A stretch of DNA of 64,000 nucleotides from the sequence record DRR723986_15960, one strand, 5' to 3'. The translations under genes were made by a program, and so were the position numbers. Position 1 is the first letter of the stretch. Each line of letters begins with the position of its first letter. The notes under the pieces were generated by a model, which made no database searches, was not told where the DNA came from, and was given only the letters and a program-made list of their open reading frames with translations. Below, one piece after another: positions 57,773 to 64,000 of this stretch.

Positions 57773-59137
57773 ATGTGCATTTCATTAGTAAATAAATATA
57801 ACGTTGCAGGTCCACGGTATACAAGTTATCCGACGGTACCATATTGGGATATAAATTCATTCTCATTACAGCAATGGAAAGCGTCTTTAAAACAATCTTT
57901 TGCAGAGAGTAATAACTCCGAAGGATTGAGTTTGTATTTACATTTACCTTTTTGCGAAAGTTTATGCACGTTTTGTGGTTGTCACAAACGTATAACTAAA
58001 AGACATGACGTTGAGTTGCCATACTTAAAAGCTGTTTTAAAAGAGTGGAGTTTATATAGAGGTTTATTAGAAGAGAAGCCTAAGATTAAAGAACTACACT
58101 TAGGAGGTGGTACACCAACATTCTTCTCACCAGATAATTTAAAGTTTTTAATAACAGAATTACTAAAAGTTTCTGACGTTGCTGACGATTACGAGTTTAG
58201 TTTTGAAGGTCATCCTAATAATACAATTAAAGAACATCTACAGGTATTATATGATCTAGGTTTTAGACGTGTTAGTTTTGGTGTGCAAGACTATAATTTG
58301 AGCGTTCAGAAAGCTATAAACAGAATTCAACCATTTGAAAATGTTGCCAAAGTAACTACCTTGGCTCGTGAAATTGGATATACATCTGTTGGTCATGATA
58401 TTATTTTTGGTTTACCATTTCAATCTGAAGAAGATGTCATAGAAACCATTATTAAAACCGGAACGTTTATGCCAGATCGTATAGCATTTTATAGTTATGC
58501 ACATGTGCCTTGGATAAAGGGAAATGGCCAACGTGGTTTTAAGGATGACGATTTGCCTTCTGCAGAATCTAAGCGCAAACAGTACGAAACTGGGAAACTT
58601 ATTTTAGAAAATGTTGGTTACAAAGAAATAGGAATGGATCACTTTGCACTTAAAGATGATTCCTTATGTGAAGCCATGCAAAATGAAAGTCTACACCGCA
58701 ACTTTATGGGTTATACAGCCTCTAAGACTCAAGCTATGATTGGTTTAGGTGTATCTTCAATCAGTGATAGTTGGTATGGTTTTGCACAGAACGTAAAGTC
58801 TATAGAAGAGTATTATCATTTAATTGATGAAGGAATAATACCAGTATATAGAGGTCATATACTCAACAAGGAAGATTTAAAAATAAGAAAACATATACTT
58901 AACCTAATGTGTCATTTTAAAACATCTTGGATAGATGAAACAATGACATTTAATGAATTGCCTGAAGCCCTCATAAAATTAAAAGAATTTGAACACGACG
59001 GTTTAATTGAGTTTAAAGATAAAGCGCTCAATGTAACTGAAAAAGGGAGACCTTTTATTAGAAACATTTGTATGGCTTTTGATTTGTTATTGCAACGAAG
59101 AAAACCCGACACACAATTATTCTCAATGACCATTTAA
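57773..59137 (+). CDS. hemN: Oxygen-independent coproporphyrinogen III oxidase
   Basis: GPRYTSYPT, HLPFC...C.FCGC, GGGTP, GMDHF, RNFMGY. Confidence 0.96.
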   Translation: MCISLVNKYNVAGPRYTSYPTVPYWDINSFSLQQWKASLKQSFAESNNSEGLSLYLHLPFCESLCTFCGCHKRITKRHDVELPYLKAVLKEWSLYRGLLEEKPKIKELHLGGGTPTFFSPDNLKFLITELLKVSDVADDYEFSFEGHPNNTIKEHLQVLYDLGFRRVSFGVQDYNLSVQKAINRIQPFENVAKVTTLAREIGYTSVGHDIIFGLPFQSEEDVIETIIKTGTFMPDRIAFYSYAHVPWIKGNGQRGFKDDDLPSAESKRKQYETGKLILENVGYKEIGMDHFALKDDSLCEAMQNESLHRNFMGYTASKTQAMIGLGVSSISDSWYGFAQNVKSIEEYYHLIDEGIIPVYRGHILNKEDLKIRKHILNLMCHFKTSWIDETMTFNELPEALIKLKEFEHDGLIEFKDKALNVTEKGRPFIRNICMAFDLLLQRRKPDTQLFSMTI

Positions 59138-59148
59138 AACCAAGAACT

Positions 59149-59982
59149 ATGAAAAAAATTATTGTACCTATAGACTTTTCAGAGCATTCAGAATACGCTC
59201 TTGAGGCAGCTGCCAATCTAGCACAAAAGTATGATGCTGAGCTTTTAGTATTGCATATGTTAGAACTATCTAATGCCATCTTAACAGCAGACAGCTCTGC
59301 TTTAAATGAAGAGGCTGTGTTTTATTTAAAACTTGCAGAACAAAAGTTTGAAGCATTTTTAGACAAACCTTATTTAGAGAATGTTAACGTTACTCCAATT
59401 GTTAAACATTTTAAAGTATGGAGTGAGGTTAATGATGTTGCCAATGAGCACGATGCTAATCTAATTATAATGGGCTCGCATGGCGCAAGTGGAGTAAAGG
59501 AAGTATTAGTAGGTTCTAATACCGAGAAGGTTGTAAGACATGCGGATATACCTGTTTTAGTAATTAAGCATAACCCAATTTTATTTGATTTTGAAAATGG
59601 TGTTTTTGCCAGTGATTTTTCAGAGGATTCAGTAGAACCATACTTAAAAGCGCGAACTACATTTGATAAATTAGGTGGTAAAATGCATTTGGTATATGTA
59701 AATTCTCCTGATGGTAATTTTAGAAGTTCATCTGAAATAGATAAACGCGTATCTGACTTCTTAAGAAAGGCAGACGGTGATTTAGAAAATTTATCTGATG
59801 TTACTGTGGTTTCAGATTATTCCATTGAAAAAGGAATCTTAAATTTCGCCAATGTTATAGGAGCAGATGTTATTGCTGTTGCAACCCATGGTAGAAAAGG
59901 ATTAGCACATTTCTTTGAGGGAAGTATTTCAGAAGATATAGCAAATCATTCTACATTGCCAGTAATGACCTTTAAAATATAA
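59149..59982 (+). CDS. Tandem universal stress protein
   Basis: IVPIDFS, IMGSHG...VGSNTEKVVR; second domain THGRKG..GS.SE. Confidence 0.93.
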   Translation: MKKIIVPIDFSEHSEYALEAAANLAQKYDAELLVLHMLELSNAILTADSSALNEEAVFYLKLAEQKFEAFLDKPYLENVNVTPIVKHFKVWSEVNDVANEHDANLIIMGSHGASGVKEVLVGSNTEKVVRHADIPVLVIKHNPILFDFENGVFASDFSEDSVEPYLKARTTFDKLGGKMHLVYVNSPDGNFRSSSEIDKRVSDFLRKADGDLENLSDVTVVSDYSIEKGILNFANVIGADVIAVATHGRKGLAHFFEGSISEDIANHSTLPVMTFKI

Positions 59983-60024
59983 ATCTTGATGTTTATTAGT
60001 TAGTGTTATTTAATATCAAGTTAA

Positions 60025-60052
60025 AACGCCAGAGATTTTAATCTTTGGCGTT
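60025..60052. terminator. Terminator after usp
   Basis: AACGCCAGAGATT/AATCTTTGGCGTT (one G-U pair). Confidence 0.78.
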
Positions 60053-60053
60053 A

Positions 60054-60542
60054 TTATTTAATTGTAGATTCTCTAAATTCACTTTCCTGATCTGGTGTTA
60101 GCCTAAGATCTTCTTTTATAATTGTTGTAGATGGTCTTATTAAAACCATATATGCTAATAGAACAGCAGATATAATTAGGTAGTATTGATTGCTCGTAAT
60201 TATAAAAATTACAATACCTAATAATGCTGGAGCTTCTATGAGTGCTATCCTAATTATCCTTGCTGATTGATACTGAGTTAATTTTTCCATTAAAGTTGAT
60301 TTCGTCTGTATACTTTTTAGACTATTTCTAAAAATATAATTACTAGACAGTAATCCACCTATCGCAAATAATGGTATTAAATAGAAGAGGGTGTCATCTG
60401 GACTGGAAAAATTCATAACGGCGTTTTCCATGATGAAAATTGCTGCTGCCCCAAATAATAAAACCGCTATACAATAAGCATAGTGAATGATTGTAATTGT
60501 TTTAATAATTTGCTTTGGGTTTGATGGGCTCGTTTGAGTCAT
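60054..60542 (-). CDS. Hypothetical 4-TM membrane protein
   Basis: Hydrophobic segments; KL..YQ.A.IIR.AL.E.P. Confidence 0.75.
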   Translation of the reverse strand: MTQTSPSNPKQIIKTITIIHYAYCIAVLLFGAAAIFIMENAVMNFSSPDDTLFYLIPLFAIGGLLSSNYIFRNSLKSIQTKSTLMEKLTQYQSARIIRIALIEAPALLGIVIFIITSNQYYLIISAVLLAYMVLIRPSTTIIKEDLRLTPDQESEFRESTIK

Positions 60543-60578
60543 TAAATTAGTTTCTATTAATGAATCTAAGATAAAAAA

Positions 60579-61280
60579 TTAATGACAGTCTATAGTACTT
60601 GTTGCCATTTCTACAATTGGAGCAGGTGAGATGTAAGGAATTCCAAGACCTAAGCCACGTAAAATGAATAATACACCTATAATTACAACAAAAACAGGAA
60701 TTGCCTTTTGTATCCGTTGCTTTACAGTACTATTAAGAAACTTACCTAGATAAATTGCAGAAGTCATTAATGGAATTGTACCAATACCAAATAAAATCAT
60801 ATAGAAACTACCTTGAAGCAAACTACCTGTTGCAATAGATCCAAACACTGCCATATATACTAAGCCACATGGTAAGAAGCCATTTAAAAATCCAATTGTT
60901 AAAAACGTATCCGCAGTTTTCTTTTTTAGAGCTTGGCCTAAGCTGCTTTTGACTTTAGAAATAAGTCTATTTAGAGGTCTTGACAAATTGTATTTGCCAA
61001 TAGTTTTATACGGAATTAAAACTAGGATTATCATTATAAAACCAATGGCGATAGACAATTGTTGCTGTAAGCCAAATATGTACAAACTTTTACCTACTAA
61101 GCCAAAAACGAGACCTATAATACTGTAAGCTAAAAGCCTACCAAAATGGTATATACTGATTTGACTGACTTTTTTAAAAGAATTGCTTCGATTTACAGGC
61201 AACATAAATGCTATTGGGCCACACATACCTACACAATGTAAACTGCCTAATAAACCTAATATGAGTGCCGAAATGAGCAT
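60579..61280 (-). CDS. DsbD_2/TauE-like cbb3 assembly membrane protein
   Basis: GSLHCVGMCGP, GR..Y, NGFLPCGLVY. Confidence 0.88.
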   Translation of the reverse strand: MLISALILGLLGSLHCVGMCGPIAFMLPVNRSNSFKKVSQISIYHFGRLLAYSIIGLVFGLVGKSLYIFGLQQQLSIAIGFIMIILVLIPYKTIGKYNLSRPLNRLISKVKSSLGQALKKKTADTFLTIGFLNGFLPCGLVYMAVFGSIATGSLLQGSFYMILFGIGTIPLMTSAIYLGKFLNSTVKQRIQKAIPVFVVIIGVLFILRGLGLGIPYISPAPIVEMATSTIDCH

Positions 61281-61726
61281 TAGTATGTAATATCTGCTTT
61301 ATATAAATAATCTTCTTTGTCGTAGGTCCAATATACCTTAATGTTCCAACGACCATCCAATAAACGTTTGTCAGGTATGAGCAAATTGTGGTTAGATAAA
61401 GAAATAGGAATTTCAAAATCCAATTGTTTATTAGATGGTCTGTATAGGAACACTGTACCATCAATATTGTCTTTTTTTAAGTTTTCAGGAAACGTGAGTA
61501 CAATACCTTCTTCTGTTTTTTTATGGGAAACATTTTTAGTTAAAGCATTACCTTTTTCTTCTTTGTCTATATCAGTTTGATATTTTAATTCTTCTTGATA
61601 ATAATCTTCTGTTACTAAGTCGTGGTCGTATTTTTTATCAGTACTCATACTTATTACAAAGTACATGATAAAGCCTATGAAGCCAATAAAGGCAATTACT
61701 ATGGCTGTTCCCCAATTAATTTTCAT
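61280..61726 (-). CDS. fixH: FixH/CcoH family protein
   Basis: NWG..I, DLV..DYY..EL.YQ, YRPS...D, G.W; downstream of ccoG. Confidence 0.85.
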   Translation of the reverse strand: MKINWGTAIVIAFIGFIGFIMYFVISMSTDKKYDHDLVTEDYYQEELKYQTDIDKEEKGNALTKNVSHKKTEEGIVLTFPENLKKDNIDGTVFLYRPSNKQLDFEIPISLSNHNLLIPDKRLLDGRWNIKVYWTYDKEDYLYKADITY

Positions 61727-61736
61727 AACTCTTTTT

Positions 61737-63161
61737 TTAATTATAACTTCTTGGACCTAAGAAACTGACAGTTGTAGTTTCGATGAGTTTATCACCCGAA
61801 TATACCTCTATCATTAATCTGTTTTTATCACCTGATAAATCAGATTGATTTAATTCAATAAACATAGTTCCTTCGGCTAATCCTTGTGGTTCTACCTCTA
61901 AAGTTTCCGAATTGGTAACTAATTTTATTTCACCTTTAAATTTTCTCAGTTTAAAGTTGACGTCTTTTATCGCTTCGCTGGTTTTATTAACTAATTTAAA
62001 GGTGTAAACATTACTAATAATGTTATTCTCTTTGTGTTCATAAAGTTGTCCAGGCAGTCTTAAAACTCTTGCTTCTACATCATTTCTAAGAGCTAGCATA
62101 CCAGCTAAAACACCAATTAATATTACTAAAACGGCAATGTAACCTTTCATTCGAGCTGTAAGCTTGAAAGGCACTTTTTTCTCTATATTTTCTTCACTTG
62201 CATAACGAATTAATCCTTTTGGCAGATTAATCTTCTCCATTATAGTATCACATTCATCAATACATGCCGTACAGTTTACACACTCTAATTGTGTGCCATT
62301 TCTAATATCAATGCCTGTTGGACAGACATGCACACATTGAAAACAGTCAATACAATCACCATGACCTAATTCTGCTCTATCTTCATTTTTTCTGAATTTT
62401 TTTCTTCCATTTTCGCCTTCACCGCGTTTATGGTCATAAGCAACAACAATAGACTTTGTGTCTAATAGAACACCTTGTAATCGTCCGTAAGGGCATGCGA
62501 TTATACAGACCTGTTCTCTAAACCAGGCAAAGACAAAATAGAATACTGCTGTGAAAATGAGCAAGGGTATTAATGTTCCCACATGCTCAAAGGGTCCTTC
62601 TTTTATATATCTTAAAAGCTTATCACTACCTATTAAATAAGCTAGGAAAATATTAGCGATTAAAAAAGATACTACTAAAAATATAAACCATTTAAACAGT
62701 CGTTTTCTAATTTTTTCAGCATCCCATTTTTGTTTAGCTAATTTTCTTTGCTTATTTCTGTCTCCATCAATCCAAAATTCAATCCGCCTAAATACCATTT
62801 CCATAAAAATGGTTTGAGGGCAAATCCAACCGCAGAAAATACGACCAAACCCTACAGTAAAAAGTGTAATAAAGACAACACCTATGATCATTGATATAAC
62901 AAAGAGGTGGAAGTCTTGTGGCCAAAATGGAAAACCAAATATGTTAAATCGTCTTTCTAATACATTGAACATTAGAAATTGATTACGATTTATTTTTACA
63001 AATGGTGCAGCAAATAGAAAAGCGAGCAACGCATAACTAACAATTTTACGCTTATCATAAAATGGGCCAGATGGTTTCTTAGGAAATATCCAATTTCGTT
63101 TTCCTTCTTCATCTATAGTGGCTATAGAATCTCTAAAAACTTCATTTTCTGGTGTTTCCAT
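61737..63161 (-). CDS. ccoG: Cytochrome c oxidase accessory 4Fe-4S protein CcoG
   Basis: GRIFCGWICPQ, REQVC...CPY, CIDC..C..VCP.GIDIR, C..C..CIDEC. Confidence 0.96.
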   Translation of the reverse strand: METPENEVFRDSIATIDEEGKRNWIFPKKPSGPFYDKRKIVSYALLAFLFAAPFVKINRNQFLMFNVLERRFNIFGFPFWPQDFHLFVISMIIGVVFITLFTVGFGRIFCGWICPQTIFMEMVFRRIEFWIDGDRNKQRKLAKQKWDAEKIRKRLFKWFIFLVVSFLIANIFLAYLIGSDKLLRYIKEGPFEHVGTLIPLLIFTAVFYFVFAWFREQVCIIACPYGRLQGVLLDTKSIVVAYDHKRGEGENGRKKFRKNEDRAELGHGDCIDCFQCVHVCPTGIDIRNGTQLECVNCTACIDECDTIMEKINLPKGLIRYASEENIEKKVPFKLTARMKGYIAVLVILIGVLAGMLALRNDVEARVLRLPGQLYEHKENNIISNVYTFKLVNKTSEAIKDVNFKLRKFKGEIKLVTNSETLEVEPQGLAEGTMFIELNQSDLSGDKNRLMIEVYSGDKLIETTTVSFLGPRSYN

Positions 63162-63185
63162 TTTGGGACAGCTTAATTTTACTAA

Positions 63186-64000
63186 TTAATTATTAGATGC
63201 AACTGTTGCAGTTTCCGTGATAACTTCTTCAGTAGCTTCAGACTCATTATTTGCTGGTTCCTCTCCATCTGAAGATTCTTCAGTTTCTAGAGTCTCATCC
63301 ACCCAAATATCACCTTCTGCTGCTTTAGGCTCAGCAGGTGTAGTACCTTGAAATTGCAATACATAACTAGAAACTTGTGCCATCTCTAAAGGACTTAAAC
63401 CTTCTTTTTTCCAGGAGACCATACCTTTTCCATCTCTACCACCTTCAGAAACAGTTTTGAAAATATTCTTAATACCACCACCTAAAATCCAGTATTCATC
63501 TGCTAAATTTGGTCCAATACCACCACCTCCATCGGCTTTATGGCAAGCTACACAGTTGGCAGCAAATATTTTTTCACCTGCACTTAAGTCTGATGCGTCA
63601 GTTAAAACTTCTACGGTATTAAAATCCACTAAATTTTTAGCTGTTTTCTTATATTCCTCAATGGCTCGCTGTGCTTCGGCATATTCAATTTCGTATTCAG
63701 CAAACTGGTCATCTGCATTCAGTACGTGATATCTTACCATGTAAATCACACCAAAGACGATAGTCGCATAGAAACCATATAACCACCAGGGTGGAAGATT
63801 ATTATCTAGCTCTTTAATACCATCGTAATTATGATCTAGTATTAATTCTCCTTCTTCCTCAATTGGTTTAGAGCCTAATAGTTTTAAGTATGTCTCCTTT
63901 ACCCAAACGGTTAGTTTAGACGGAGCTGCTCTTTGAGCGTCATATCTTGCTTTAGCTTCTTCATCTAAACTTTGATAAAGTATGTTGTCCATAGAGCCAA
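63186..64000 (-). CDS. ccoP: cbb3-type cytochrome c oxidase subunit III, 5'-partial
   Basis: H.YDGI.ELDN.LPPWW, one CVACH, GPNL.D..W; frame open to the window edge. Confidence 0.93.
   Translation of the reverse strand, partial: GSMDNILYQSLDEEAKARYDAQRAAPSKLTVWVKETYLKLLGSKPIEEEGELILDHNYDGIKELDNNLPPWWLYGFYATIVFGVIYMVRYHVLNADDQFAEYEIEYAEAQRAIEEYKKTAKNLVDFNTVEVLTDASDLSAGEKIFAANCVACHKADGGGGIGPNLADEYWILGGGIKNIFKTVSEGGRDGKGMVSWKKEGLSPLEMAQVSSYVLQFQGTTPAEPKAAEGDIWVDETLETEESSDGEEPANNESEATEEVITETATVASNN

Noticed and set aside
2190-63729. Many 60-110 aa ORFs overlapping long genes (e.g. 5761..6075, 24636..24929, 36376..36684, 38923..39255, 63457..63729)
   Set aside because: Antisense or off-frame shadows of well-supported CDSs with no recognisable motifs
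63186-63992. ccoP starting at 63992, or defective because it shows one heme motif
   Set aside because: The frame is open to the window edge, so the gene is simply 5'-partial; nothing visible indicates damage

Overview
AT-rich, gene-dense chromosomal segment of a Bacteroidota bacterium, most likely family Flavobacteriaceae (inferred from gldI, type-B T9SS cargo, TAnnTTTG promoters and gene order). It is mostly housekeeping and envelope genes: two T9SS type-B cargo genes, an ABC exporter, ctaA and cca, a surface-glycan modification cassette behind dapD (QueC-like, TupA-like ATP-grasp, Stealth, TagF-like, GT2, Kdo-type kinase), ruvX-def-mazG, aroE with two DUF368 genes, relA-fur-purA, an amidohydrolase pair, pepD, gldI, ndk, a LytS/LytTR module with four 2TM domains, sodC, hemN-usp and the distal end of a cbb3 oxidase operon. 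I found no rRNA, tRNA, CRISPR array or transposase. The most interesting signal is non-coding. Between dapD and ruvX there are two tandem units about 128 bp apart, each with an ECF-type promoter, a 5' hairpin, a shared 16-nt single-stranded motif and a terminator, which look like paralogous sRNA genes. Two more sRNA-like elements carry a TTAGTTAG motif, and the same ECF-type promoter recurs upstream of two envelope genes. Other points of note are a hypothetical protein with PI3K/HipA-like kinase motifs, an internally deleted oxidoreductase, a lipoprotein whose start codon reads ACG, and several probably leaderless genes. All calls come from reading motifs by eye; no database searches were run.
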